This document shows positions 1 through 11,909 of a stretch of 64,000 bases of DNA, in pieces (position 1 is the stretch's first letter; each line of letters begins with the position of its first letter). A model generated the notes under the pieces. The model was given only the letters and a program-made list of their open reading frames with translations. It was not told the origin of the DNA and searched no databases. A program made the translations under genes and the position numbers. The stretch comes from Torpedo marmorata (taxonomy: Eukaryota). Where the stretch lies: contig OZ360242.1 of the NCBI GenBank assembly GCA_977017645.1, forward strand, positions 21,390,001-21,454,000, written 5' to 3'.

Positions 1-875
1 GTTTGCCCTTGTATATGTAAGTTTTGTATCCTTGGTTCTAAAATATCTATCCTTTTGGTTGGTTTCTTTTCCTGTGACTCCTTTTTTGAATATGACCTTT
101 TATTATCAGACAATTTAGATAATTTACTGCTAGCACCAGATATCATTGAGCCTTCTGTTGCTTTCTTTTTTGCCTTGGCAATAGCAATGTTTGCTTCCAA
201 CTCCTGCAGTTCTTTTCTCTGCCTTAGCTGCTCCTTCTCTTGTCTTAGCTGCACCTTTAGCTGTTGACTTAGCTGCTCCTCCTTTTGTCTTAGCTGCTCC
301 TCCTCTTGTTCTAATATAAATTTATCCTTAAGCGTTTTTTGTTGTGCAAGAAGAGCGGCCAAGTCAACTTCAATCTTTGTACGTGACGATGTAGAACTTG
401 AAATACGAGAAACTCTGGAGCTCGAACCATAACTTCTTTTGCTTCTCCTGCTTTCAGTATTTGAGACACTGTCACTTGCTTGTATTTCATCCTGCAGTTC
501 ATATGTTGTCTTCATACTTACCTCTTTATCCAATTCGAATTGTATATCCTTTGCATCTTCAACCAATTCAATTTCTTCCTCATTTGGTGACACAATTTCA
601 GCCATTTCCAAGTTATCTTCTTGTTCAAATAATGAAGCTGCCTCTTCATCCTTTGCCTGCTTCAATCTTTCAATAAGAACCTTTTTATTTCCACTTATGT
701 CCCTTTTCAGTCGCTTCAATTCTTCTTTAATATCCGCAACCTTCATGTCTTCAATACGTTGGTCCTCAACAGCAACATCAGCGGTTGCTGCGTCAGCTGC
801 TGATAAATCAGTAGCTGCTGTATCAGTGGCTGCTGCGGCCATTTTACTCGTCTTGTTCCTCTTTCCTTCAAGCAT
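1..875 (-). CDS. N-terminus of BEL/Pao-type LTR retrotransposon Gag(-Pol) with a SAP domain; runs off the window start
   Basis: Manual translation is open from ATG 875 (or 842) to the window edge. It contains IEDMKVADIKEELKRLKRDISGNKKVLIERLKQA (SAP-like) followed by DSVSNTESRRSKRS...SSRTKIEVDLAALLAQQKTLKDKFILEQEEEQLR, a Ser-rich plus coiled-coil pattern typical of fish BEL/Pao Gag. It is absent from the ORF track because no stop lies in the window. Confidence 0.75.
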   Translation of the reverse strand, partial: MLEGKRNKTSKMAAAATDTAATDLSAADAATADVAVEDQRIEDMKVADIKEELKRLKRDISGNKKVLIERLKQAKDEEAASLFEQEDNLEMAEIVSPNEEEIELVEDAKDIQFELDKEVSMKTTYELQDEIQASDSVSNTESRRSKRSYGSSSRVSRISSSTSSRTKIEVDLAALLAQQKTLKDKFILEQEEEQLRQKEEQLSQQLKVQLRQEKEQLRQRKELQELEANIAIAKAKKKATEGSMISGASSKLSKLSDNKRSYSKKESQEKKPTKRIDILEPRIQNLHIQGQ

Positions 876-996
876 ACACAAAACTAGCCAAACAACAGTC
901 CCCAATGGACCAGCGGCAGCAATTCCAATCTGTGTTCTTACTTGCTAAAGATACACAGAAGGAGTCCACAGACTTATGCCTACCACTTCTAATGAC

Positions 997-1954
997 TGTA
1001 ATGTGCTGCAATCCTTAAACGAGTTTCAACCACAACATCCGTCACTAATATCACTGATTTTCCAAAAATAGTTTCTCCAACGTATTTATAGGACACTTTA
1101 TTATAAGATTTGAAGCTTTAAATCCCTCTCTGGCTGTTATTCATGGCAGATGGATGTAGATTACAAACTGCCCCCAACTCGAGGCATCTCCAAAAATGGC
1201 CACCAATTTATATCAGTTCAAAGCACAGAGAGTTTTTTTCTATCTTCTTTCCTTCAAACTTCTGTTCCAAACAGCCAGCACTTTATTGACTATAAGTAAC
1301 GGTGACTTCGCTCCACCAATAGTCACCTGGAGGCTAAGTGTGGTCCTTGCTTTTGACGCGTTTTATTTAATTTACTGACAAAGTCCAATATGTTCAAAAA
1401 CCTTTATTTTCACACATGACTTGCAGTAATCTTCAATGACTTTAATATAAACAGTTCTTGTAAACGATGTATAATGAGTTCCTTTAAATTATTCCTTAAA
1501 CAATTCCAAAACGATATGAAACACTGTAGATGATGTTGAAGTTATAAAAACATTATAAAACGATATAAAACGGTCAATAAAGATGTGGAGACCAGACTCA
1601 CCCCCCATACATCTCTATCCTTTCTTTGTTCTCTCTCTCTAATGGTTCTGCGCATGCTCCAACGCGCATACTACAATTCCCAGCCTCCCACGCGCACAAT
1701 GACGTCACTCTATACTGCGCATGCGCCCGTCGGCACTCCAGCGCATGCGCAGAGCACAGAACGGGCCGATAGCGGCCCGCAGACAATGCAAGCGCTCCGA
1801 ACGGGCCGAAGACGGCCCAGCAACAACTACGCGGCGCTCCAAACGGGCCGAGGACGGCCCAGCAACATCCTCAACAACTACGCGGCGCTCCAAGGCCCGA
1901 CAAGACATCGGAGCGCCGCAACAACGGTAAGTAAACGAGCCTACGGCTCTTACA
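997..1954 (-). mobile_element. Putative 5' LTR of the BEL/Pao element
   Basis: On the minus strand it reads TGTAAG...ATTACA, with AATAAA about 100 nt before the end (1097-1102). It carries CRE TGACGTCA (1700) and GCGCATGCGC motifs. There is a sharp junction with a CR1 remnant at 1955. Confidence 0.6.
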
Positions 1955-2310
1955 GACCTGATAGAGGTGTTTCAAATCATGAGCGGCATTGATAGGGTGG
2001 ACATTCAGAATATTTTCCCCAGGGTAAAAGGATCACACACGAGAGGACAAGCAGTTAAGGTGAGGAGGAGGAGGAAGTTCAAAGGAGTTGTGCAGGGCAA
2101 ATATTTTACACAGTGCCTGGAACAGTGGTGGAAGCAGATACAGTCGTAGCATTTAAGAGGCTTGTAGATAGACACATGAATTTGAAAGTAATGGCAGGAT
2201 GTCTAGAAGTGCAAGCAGCAAAATTTTCATTTGATTTTACATCATGTTCAGCACAGACAAATGAATCAAAGGGCCTGTTCCTGTGCTGTACTGCTCTATG
2301 TTATGTTCTG
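1955..2310 (+). mobile_element. CR1 LINE 3' remnant
   Basis: Encodes DLIEVFQIMSGIDRVD...TRG, the CR1 ORF2 C-terminus, followed by a CR1-type 3' tail. Confidence 0.75.
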
Positions 2311-2557
2311 TGTTCAGACCAGTAGACATCTCATACACAAGTACCAAAGTGCAGAGTTACAGAAAGAGATCAATTCGGACGCAAAGACAACAGAATTTTA
2401 CAATTTTGAAGTTCATTCAGGAGTCTAATCATGCCAGAAAAGAAAGTATCCTTGAATCTGGTGGTGCATGATCTCACACTTGTGAATCTTCATCCTGATG
2501 GGAAGGGGGTAAAGAGAGTATGACCAGGGTGGGATGAGTCAATAATATGGAGTTATA

Positions 2558-3027
2558 ATGTATATACGCGTGTAATAGTCGAATTCTGCGGAAGAACTTT
2601 AGAGTAAAATTTAGGGGGTCGACTATTCCACGCATACTACTTTTGACTGCGGTAAATACCTGAGTCATTCGAGGCGTCGGGAGCTCGGATGGGTGGGCGG
2701 GTGACTGGGTAGTAAGTCCTCGATCGGGGCATTGGGAGCTCGGATGGGCAGGCGGGCGGCCGGGGCCTTGGCAAGAGTCTGCGGTCGGGGCGTCGGGAGC
2801 TCGGATGGGCAGGCGGGCGGTCGGGGCATCGGGAGCTCGGATGGGCGAGCAGCCAAGGCCTAGGCGAGAGTCTGCGGTCGGGGTGTCAGGAGCTCAGATG
2901 GGCGGGCAGCTGGGGCCAAAAATAGGGGGTGGTCGACTTTTACAATATATGGAAAATACCAGATTTTGGGGCCAAAAATAGGGGGTTGACTTTTACACGG
3001 TATCGACTATTACACGCATGTATACAG
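2558..3027. mobile_element. pogo/Tigger-type MITE with an internal GC-rich minisatellite
   Basis: Imperfect TIRs (TGTATATACGCGTGTAATAGTCGA / TCGACTATTACACGCATGTATACAG) flanked by TA. The TIR resembles that of the element at 47232-53475. Confidence 0.7.
2670..2915. repeat. GC-rich degenerate tandem repeat (GGGAGCTCGGATGGGC core, 5 copies)
   Basis: Repeated units of about 35-60 bp are directly visible. Confidence 0.8.
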
Positions 3028-3345
3028 TAGATAGAGTCAATGGAGGGGAGGGGGATGTGTGTGATGGCCTGAGCTGTGTTCACAACTCTTTGCAGTTTCT
3101 TGTGGTCTTGGGCAGAGCAATTCCCATTCCACGGAGCAATGCGCCCCGATAGGATGCTTTCAGTGGTGCACCTGTTGAAGTTGTAAAGAGGTGCAGGTGA
3201 CATGCCAAGTTTCTTCAGGCTTCTGAGGAAGTAAAGGTGCTGGGTGCACTTGCTTGACTATTATATTAACATGAGTGGTCCAGGACCAGTCATTGGAGAT
3301 GTTTATGCCTCAGAACTTAAACCTGTCAACTATATCCACCTTGCC
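3028..3345 (-). mobile_element. Rex1/Babar LINE fragment
   Basis: Encodes YNFNRCTTESILSGRIAPWNGNCSAQDHKKLQRVVNTAQAIT, the Rex1 post-RT C-terminal domain. Confidence 0.75.
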
Positions 3346-4582
3346 TAAAACAGTCATGAACAAGACAAACAGAAAATTGGAAAGGGCAAACAGGAAACAT
3401 TTTTCAACACATGGTGAAATGCATTGGAATGCAAAGAATCCATTGAGTAATACACAAATACAATTTCTTTATTACACAGCTTTTATTCATTAACAGGCTT
3501 GCTGTTCCTTCAAGCACAAATGATACAGTACTTCCACTTCGAAGAACACATGTAATACGAGTAGGAGACTGCAATTCTGTCCCTTTTATTTATCCCACTA
3601 TTTTCTGAGATCATAGACTATTTTTATTTACGGCACTGACTGCATCCCTTGATTCACTTGGCATCTAAAACTCCATTGATGTCTCTCGCAAAAATACTTA
3701 GGGAACTGAGCCTTGACAGCCCCCTTCCATAGAGAATTCCGAAGATTCACCACCTCTGGATAAAGACATTACTTTTCATCTCCATCTAGAATGACAGAAG
3801 CCTTATTTCTAGACTGACTTTGCATACTCCATGTTCTGGTCAGGAGAAGTGAGGACATTTATATTATTCAAAAGACATGGACATGGATAGGAAAGGTTTA
3901 GTGAGATATGGACTGAAAACAGGCACGACAAATTGGGCTGAAGGACCGGTTTCCATGCTGCAGAACATGGACTCTTAGCAGATGAATATGAATGTTTCAA
4001 GTCAAAGACCAAAGAACAAAATGTTTACTCAATTTCTCATCCCACGGACTCTGCCTGAGCTGATGAGAGCTTCTAGCAGTTGTTTTTTTTGTCATTTCAG
4101 ATTTCTGGCAAATGATTTTTATTTAAACTTTCATTTACCAAGATTGAGAATCCAGTTCAACCCAAGTAATTCACCAGTGCAATACAGAGAAAAGGCAACA
4201 GAGCAAAGACTGTGGCTTTACTCTTCCCAGAGGCAAACTCGGGGAGAGTTAAATTCATCCATGATAAGTTAACTCAGTCATTCAGAACGGAGTCAGCTGA
4301 AATGTGACACGTCCAGAAAGATGAAGATGCAGGTCACAAGTGAGATTGACCCTGTCCCCTGTGGGTGATGTCAAAGGACGTGTTATTTTATTCATTCTGG
4401 GGTATCAAGACAGCTTAGACAAGAACTGCATTTATTACTCCTCCCTAATTACCCTTGAGAAGCTGTGGAGAGACATTTTGAATCACTGCAGTCCTTCTGA
4501 TGAAGGCATTACACAATGCTTATAAAGCACTGATTATAAAATGCATTAAGACATCACAGAGTAGAAAAAGCAAATAGAAAAC

Positions 4583-4820
4583 GCAGCACGGTTGGCGTAG
4601 CAGTTAGCGCAACGCGTTTACAGCGCCAGCGATCGGGACCGGACCTGGGTTCGAATCCCACGCTGTCTGTAAGGAATTTGTACGTTCTCCCTGTGTCTGC
4701 GTGGGTTTTCTCCGGGGGCTCCGGTTTCCTCCCACCCTTCAGTGTAGGTTAATGGGGTGTAAGTTGGGCGGCACAGACTCATGGGTCCGAATTGGCCTGT
4801 TACAGTGCTGTATGTCTAAA
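4583..4820 (+). mobile_element. tRNA-derived V-SINE/HE1-like SINE
   Basis: A/B boxes (GGCGTAGCAGTTAG, GGTTCGAATCC), the central GTGTCTGCGTGGGTTTTCTCCGG...CTCCGGTTTCCTCCCA core, and a CR1-like tail. Many copies occur in the window. Confidence 0.85.
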
Positions 4821-5844
4821 TACATGAAAATACAGGAACAGCTCCAAAAACCATCTTGAACAAGTTTGCAGCACATATGTTTTTTTCCTGCAATTAATTA
4901 AGCAGGTTGACAATAATTTGCATTTACACAGTGTTCTCTTAACACTTCACATGATAGAGAAAATGTAATGCTGATCCACACAAATGATATTCGTGCAGAT
5001 TCCCAAAAGCCTCGTCAATCAGTTAGATTTGAGGGAATACTTTAAAAGGAAGAAATAGAATTAGAGGTGGAGAGATTCAGGAGGTGCAAATTAAGGATTA
5101 GGAGTGTGGCATGTTAAGCAGCTAATGGTGAAGTAACAAAAACCAGGAACGACAAGGAGGCCAAAATAGAGTCCAGTAGATTGCAGGGCTATTGTGGTTG
5201 TAGACAGTAATGGTGTGGTGGGATTTGAACACATCCAATTCATGTGTTGATAGTTTGGTAACAGTACTAGAGAAATAATTCTTATAACTGCCTTGAAAGC
5301 TTTAGATTTTTGCCCACTTCTTTGTGCATTTAATCCAATTCTCAGAATCTTCAAAGGCAAAACATTGAAACCTAAACAGGCAATGTTGTAAATACTCAGC
5401 AAGTCAGGCATTTTCTGCAAAGAACAAATCACAGTTGATTGCAGGTGGCTGACATTTCATCAGAACACTTTTCAGCATTTTCCAATGTTATCCCTGTATA
5501 TTATTCACTCTTAATCATGTGGTGAAGCCACTGGAGATTTTGAAGAATGTAATAAAATTCAGTGGTGCTGGTCACCATATATTGCAGGTGAGGAAAAAAA
5601 TCCAAAATAGCAATTGTGAAAAAAAAAAAATCGGAACTTTCATTTTAGGTAGATGATTTAATGACAGAACAGGGAAGCTTTAATGGTGACAGGGGCATAA
5701 TACAGCTTTTATATTTAGTTCTTCTATTTGAGACAATTAGCATTTCCAGTATGTTTATATCAGATTCCAAGTATTCGTAGCAATTTCTTCTGGTCATTTC
5801 AGCATTGAATCTGCTCCCCCAGATCATAGCTCATGAAAATCGTT

Positions 5845-8800
5845 CTCCTTCTACGGTCTACATCTGGGCAGGGGAGGGATAAATGTACTTGGGAGTTCTT
5901 TTGCTAGTGCTGTTGGGGAAGGTTTAAACTAGTGGGGCAGGGGAATGGGAACCTACACAGAAAAAATGAGGAACGTGGTACAGAGATCAAAGAAAGTGTT
6001 AGGAAAAAGACAAAGAAAAATAGAGGGCAGAAAAATCAAAAGCATAGGATACAGAGGTCAGTAGATTCTAAAAGGTCAATGAGCATAAGGGCACTTTATC
6101 TGAATGCCCGCAGTATTAGAAACAAGGTTAGTGAACTTGAGGCGCAAATCAGTACCCAGGCATATAATTTAGTGGCCATCACAGAAACATGGCTACAAGA
6201 TGACCATGATTGGGAATTAAACTTTCAAGGGGATCAAGTAGTACGAAAGGATAGACAGGATGGTAAGGGAGGAGGTGTGGTGCTCTTAATCAAGGATGAG
6301 TTCAAGGCAATAGTGAGAGATGATATAAGATCTAAGGAACATAATGTTGAGTCCATCTGGGTGGAGATTAAGAATAACAAAGGGAAAAAATCACTGGTGG
6401 GTGTTGTCTATCGCCCACCAAATAACAATAGTACAGTGGCACAGGCAATAAACAGAGAGATAAGTGAGGCATGTAAGAATGGAATGGCAGTTGTCATGGG
6501 GGACTTTAACTACCACGTAGATTGGGAAAATCAAGTTGGTCACGGGAGTCTGGAAGAAGACTTCATAGAATGCATCCGTGATAGCTTGTTAAGGAACCAA
6601 CAAGAGTGAATGCTACTTTGGATGTAGTATTGTGCAATGAGATAGGTAGAGTAAATGATGTAATAGTTAGGGACCCTCTTGGAAATAGCGATCATAGTAT
6701 GATTGAATTTCTCATACAGATGGAGGGGGAAATAGTTAGATCTAAAACTAATGTACTATGCTTAAACAGGGGAGACTACCAGAGGATGAGGGAGGAATTG
6801 GTTAGCGTGGACTGGGAGCACAGGCTAGTTGGTAGAACAGTTGAGGAACAGTGGAAGATTTTCAAGGAGATTTTTCACAATGCTCAACAAAAATATATTC
6901 CAGTTAAGAATAAGGGCAGTGTTATGGACCATGACTGACAGTTTGGACTGAGGACGGTAAGCAGGAAGGATGAAGTCTTTTGGAGTATACACTGGGACCT
7001 GGTACTGAAAGAGTTAACTTGCCCAGGACTTATTGTATTTACCAGAGAGAGACATCAGGGGGAGACAAACTGTGGAAAACACACGGAGTAAAAACTTTCG
7101 ACAAGGAGCAGCTGGAGAGAGTTTCTCTCTATTGTTAAGCCTAAAGTTAAAACTAACTCAGTGGAAGTTTTGGAGTTGAAAAGGCGGGAGAACTCAGTAG
7201 GATCCAGGCCTGTGCATCCCAGAGAAGAAGTGGAGAGAATAGCACAGAGTCTCTTGAATCAGAAAAGTCCAGGCTTGTACATCCCAGAGAGAAAAGGCTG
7301 GGGAAAAGCAAGGCCTGATGAATCGGCAGAATCTTGAGTTGTGAAAGCAGCTTTTGAGAAGGAACCGGCTGTGAAATCCAAGTATACGCCTTAATTCCAA
7401 AACGGATCTGAACTCGCAATCCTTATGAAAACACAAGAAGGGAACGTCATCAGAGAAGAAAAGCAAGCCAAGTATTTGTAAGCATAAACAGTCATTGTCT
7501 CTCTCCAACGTTCATTCAGAAGTACTTCTACCAGCACACAGAGCTGAATTTGAAACCTGAACTAAGAGAGTGAATTTTTGTGGACTGTATTATTTTTTTG
7601 ACTGACTTGTTTTTATGACTGACCTGGGGTTTTTGGGGAAAGTTTTTCCATTTTTTTTACATAAGGGTTGGGCACCTTTTAGATAAGAATAGTGTTTATA
7701 GACATTTATAGTGGGGTTAATTGTTGTGAAATTATATGTTTAATTGTCTTTAATAAATATAAATTTCAATTTTACCCCTTTTGCTTTGCGTCTTCTGTCG
7801 TTGCTGGTTTGAATTTGTAACAGCAGCAAGAGAGGGAAGAGTCAGCCGTGGTTAACTAAGGAAATAAAGGAGAGTATAAAATTAAAAGCTCAGGTGTACA
7901 AAGATGCAAAGAGTAGTGGGAAACTGGAAGATTGGGAAAACTTTAAAAGACAACAAGGGACAACAAAACGGGTAATAAGAAAGGGGAGAAAGGATTATGA
8001 AGGTAAATTGGCACAAAATATAAAAACAGATAGCAAAAATTTTTATAAATATATAAAACGGAAGAGGGTGGCTGGAGTTAACATAGGACCCTTGGAAGAT
8101 GAGAAAGGGAAATTGATATTGAATAATGAGGAAATGGCCGAGGCCTTGAACAAATATTTTGTGTCAGTCTTCACGGTGGAAGACACGTCCAGCATGCCAA
8201 AGAGTGGAGATAGGGATGCAAATGTTGGTGAAGGCCTTGATAAAATAGTTGTTACAAAGGAGGTAGTGATGAGCAAACTAATGGGACTAAAGTCGGACAA
8301 ATCTCCTGGTCCTAATGAAATGCATCCCAGGGTTCTGAGGGAAATGGCAGAAGTTATAGTTGATGCATTAGTGGTCATATACCAAAATTCTCTGGATTCT
8401 GGGCAAGTCCCGGCAGATTGGAAGACAGCAAATGTCATGCCACTTTTTAAGAAGGGATGTAGGCAGAAGACTGGGAACTATCAGCCAATTAGCTTAACGT
8501 CTGTAGTTGGGAAAATGCTTGAAGCTGTCATTAAGGATGAAATAGTGAGACATCTAGAATGAAGGGGTTCAATCAGGTAGACGCAGCATGGGTGTAGGAA
8601 GGGCAGATCTTGTTTGACAAACTTGTTAGAGTTCTTTGAGGACATAATGGGTGTGGTAGATAGAGGGGAACAGGTTGATGTTGTATATTTGGATTTCCAG
8701 AAAGCGTTTGATAAGGTGCCGCACAAGAGACTTATCAGTAAGCTACAGGTGAATGGAGTCCAGGGAAATATATTGGCATGGATTGAGGATTGGTTGTCTG

Positions 8801-9883
8801 ACAAAAGGCAGAGAGTCGGGATAAATGGGTGTTTTTCTGATTGGCAGACAGTGGTAAGTGCGGTGCCTCAGGGGTCGGTGCTGGGCCCACAAATGTTCAT
8901 CATTTACATTGATGATTTGGAGGAGGGGACAAAATGTGGTGTAGCCAAGTTTGCGGATGATACTAAATTGAGTGAAAGAGCAAATTGTACTGAGGATGTG
9001 GAGAGACTGCAGAGGGATATAGTTAAGTTAGGTGAGTGGGCAAAGGTCTGGCAGATGGAGTACAATGTTAGTAAGTGCGAGGTTATCCACTTTGGCAAGA
9101 AAAATAAAAGAGCAGAGTATTATTTAAACAGTGAAAAACTGCAGCATGCTGTTGTGCAGAAGGACTTGGGAGTGCTTGTGCACGAATCGCAAAAAGTTCG
9201 GTTGCAGGTGCAGTAGGTTATTAAGAAGGCAAATGGAACGTTGGCCTTCATCGCTAGAGGAATTGAATTCAGGAGCAAGGAGGTAATGGTGCAACTGTAC
9301 AAGGTAATGGTGAGACCGCACCTGGAGTACTGTGTGCAGTTCTGGTCTCCATATTTGAGGAAGGATATACTGGCCTTGGAGGCAGTCCACAGGAGGTTTA
9401 CTAGGTTGATCCCTGAGATGAAGGGGTTGACTTATGATGAAAGATTAGATCGTCTTGGATTATACTCGCTCGAGTTCAGAAGAATGAGAGGAGATCTTAT
9501 AGAAACATATAGAATTATGAAGGGGATGGATAGGATAGAGGTAGGAAGGTTTTTTTCACTGGCAGGTGAGACCAAAACTAGGGGACACAGCCTCAAGATT
9601 CGGGGGAGTAGATTTAGGACAGAGATGAGGAAAAACCATTTTTCCCAAAGTGGTGAATTTGTGGAAATCTCTGCCCAGGGAAGTGGTTGAAGCTGCTTCA
9701 TTGAACATATTTAAGGTTCAGTTGGATAGAGCTTTACATAAAAAAGGAATTAGGGGATATGGGGAAAGGGCAGGTAGGTGGAGTTAGGTCATTGATCAGA
9801 TCCTCCATGATCTTATTGAATGGCGGAGCAGGCTCGATGGGCCGGTTGGCCTACTCCTGTTCCTAATTTCTTATGTTCTTATT
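5845..9883 (+). mobile_element. CR1 LINE, 5'-truncated; ORF2 (APE endonuclease + RT) pseudogenised
   Basis: Motifs YLNARSIRNK, AITETWL, MGDFN, YLDFQKAFDKVPH, VPQGSVLGP and KFADDTK are present with stops and frameshifts. It ends in a TTCTTATGTTCTTAT tail. Confidence 0.95.
6920..7822 (+). mobile_element. Solo LTR (903 bp) inserted in CR1
   Basis: TGTTA...TAACA termini, a 4-bp GCAG TSD and AATAAA at ~7752. The empty site is seen in the second CR1 copy (~28960). Confidence 0.9.
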
Positions 9884-10579
9884 CATTCCACTAGATTGCA
9901 GGTAAGGCCACCAGCGAACTCTGCATCAAGCTTCTTATTTCCAGGGACATGGCCATGCTAGAAGTCACTGCAGTAGACAATTCAGCATCAACTGATGACG
10001 CTTCAGAATGTTCATGCTTCCGCAAATTTTGTCTCTGACCACTAGTCACAAATCGCTCTCCTAAAATAGTTGACTAAGACTGAGTCAACATCAATTTGAA
10101 CTTCTAGTACAGCCCACGATGTAGTTAGCAAATCAATCTCAAGTTACACAAAGTGGCCAGAGTTGTTCATTCCAATAACAGCACATTGCACCTTTTACAT
10201 TTTCCATAAAAACACAAACATACGCCCAGCAGCTTTGGTGACTCTAGATAATACAAAAACACAAACATTTTAAAAATCCTGCTCCTTGGAAGTTCTTGAA
10301 AACTGCAAGATTGAAATGAATCTTACAAGGCACAATTCATACTCAAAATATATTTTTATTACCTACTAAAAGATGGTTACCAAAAGAGGGCTTTGGTATT
10401 CTTTTAATTCATAATACAGAATATATTCAAGCATAAGAGCATCTTCATATTTAGATTTGAGCCTCAAGTGCACATCTACAGACTTAATTCTATTTGAATT
10501 AAGCAAAATTTAAACAGCAATACAGACTTATTCATTTAAAATGGTTAAAGTACATCAAATCTGCAAGTCCAGTGATTGA

Positions 10580-11426
10580 AGTAAAAACACAGAAATGCTG
10601 GAGGAACTCAGCAGGTCTCGCAGTGACCATACACCTTTCCTCTTCTGTCCTCCTGCCCATATCCAATTACCCTGAACAACGAAGATTTTGCTTCCTGAAC
10701 ACTTTTAGGTGTATTTTATGAATTTTGGGCTGCGTAAAATTTTCCCATCACGTAGTTTTTTTAGAAACAACCTATTTTTGTGATTTCCTGTCACATTTTA
10801 AATCTACTTCAAGCATACAAAATCATGAAGTGCAACGTGTCATTGAAAATTATTTTTCTGCATTCGTACATGGGCTTCTTCCCTGCTGATCTTGGTGCAG
10901 TCAGTGACGAACACGGTGAAAGGTTTCACCAGGACATTGTGACCATGGAAAAGCGGATTCAGGGCAACTGGAATCCATCAATGCTGGCTGACTATTGTTG
11001 GACACTGACAGGAGAGGCATCAGATGTGGCGTACAAACGAAAATCAGCGGCAAAACAGTTTTAGGTCAGTTGAACTAACGTAATGTGTCAGCATCATGAT
11101 GCGATTAAACATGCTAAATTCAATAAAAGTTAATTTAAGGTTTCTCCAAATTCCTATGTGATACAGCAAATCTGAAATTATCTTTGGTTTCATCTTGAAG
11201 TTGTCTATCATAATCCCCAATTTTTTTTTCAGGAAACAAACCTTTTGAAAAAATTGTTTTTTCCAGTGTTATCACCTTTGTCTGTTGGTCTCCCAGGCTT
11301 TTAATTCAGGCACCTGCCTGCTTTTTGCTCATACCTTGAAAAAGGGCTCAGGCCTGAAACGTCCGTTATATATCTTTACCTCCTATGGACGCTGTGAGAC
11401 CTGCCGAGTTCCTCCAGCATTTTTGT
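10580..11426. mobile_element. Penelope-derived non-autonomous element with inverted termini
   Basis: GAAATGCTGGAGGAACTCAGCAGGTC...GACCTGCCGAGTTCCTCCAGCATTT. Similar to the terminus of the Penelope element at 44062. Confidence 0.65.
10670..11268 (+). mobile_element. Chapaev3 (CMC superfamily) DNA transposon deletion derivative
   Basis: CCCTGAACAA...TTCCAGTG termini with a TTA TSD on both sides. ORF 10780-11064 has FFPADLGAVSDEHGERFHQDI...SMLADYCW, matching my recollection of the Chapaev3 transposase C-terminus. Confidence 0.75.
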
Positions 11427-11909
11427 ACAGTTAAGGCATCCACTTAACCCGGAAATTATATTTATGTTATTATTTTAAGCTATTAAAAGCAGACAAAAAA
11501 AATTCAAACTTCAGCTATTAAAAGAACAAACATCAGCTAACCATGATTCTGGGCTCAATAAAACACACCCAAAACTGAAAATGTATCGACCAAAGGCAAT
11601 TCATCAGAAATCTTACTTGAAGGTTATGCAAGATTTGAATTCAAATTTTACTCTTCTTGTTATGAACCAAAGGACTTCAGGTGGGAGTGGTGTGGTACAA
11701 GTTTAAACATGATCAATCAAAACACTTATACACTGCCCAAACTTGCAAGTGAATGTAAAAGCAAATCATTTACTAAGCTGACCCCAAGAACCTTCCGCCA
11801 CGTTAGTTCAGATAAAATTACACACTTGTTCAAATGATTTCAAAATGCCTCATGAACATCAAAATGTGAACTTGCATCATTAGTATTTTCCTCATCACTA
11901 CCCTCTCTT

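Noticed and set aside
439-948. 169-aa plus-strand ORF and neighbouring short ORFs
   Set aside because: These are antisense shadows of the minus-strand Gag ORF.
1585-1992. 135-aa ORF with repeated peptides
   Set aside because: It arises from the GC-rich tandem repeats of the LTR and has no protein motif.
4583-4670. tRNA gene
   Set aside because: It is the tRNA-like head of a multi-copy SINE and continues into SINE core and tail.
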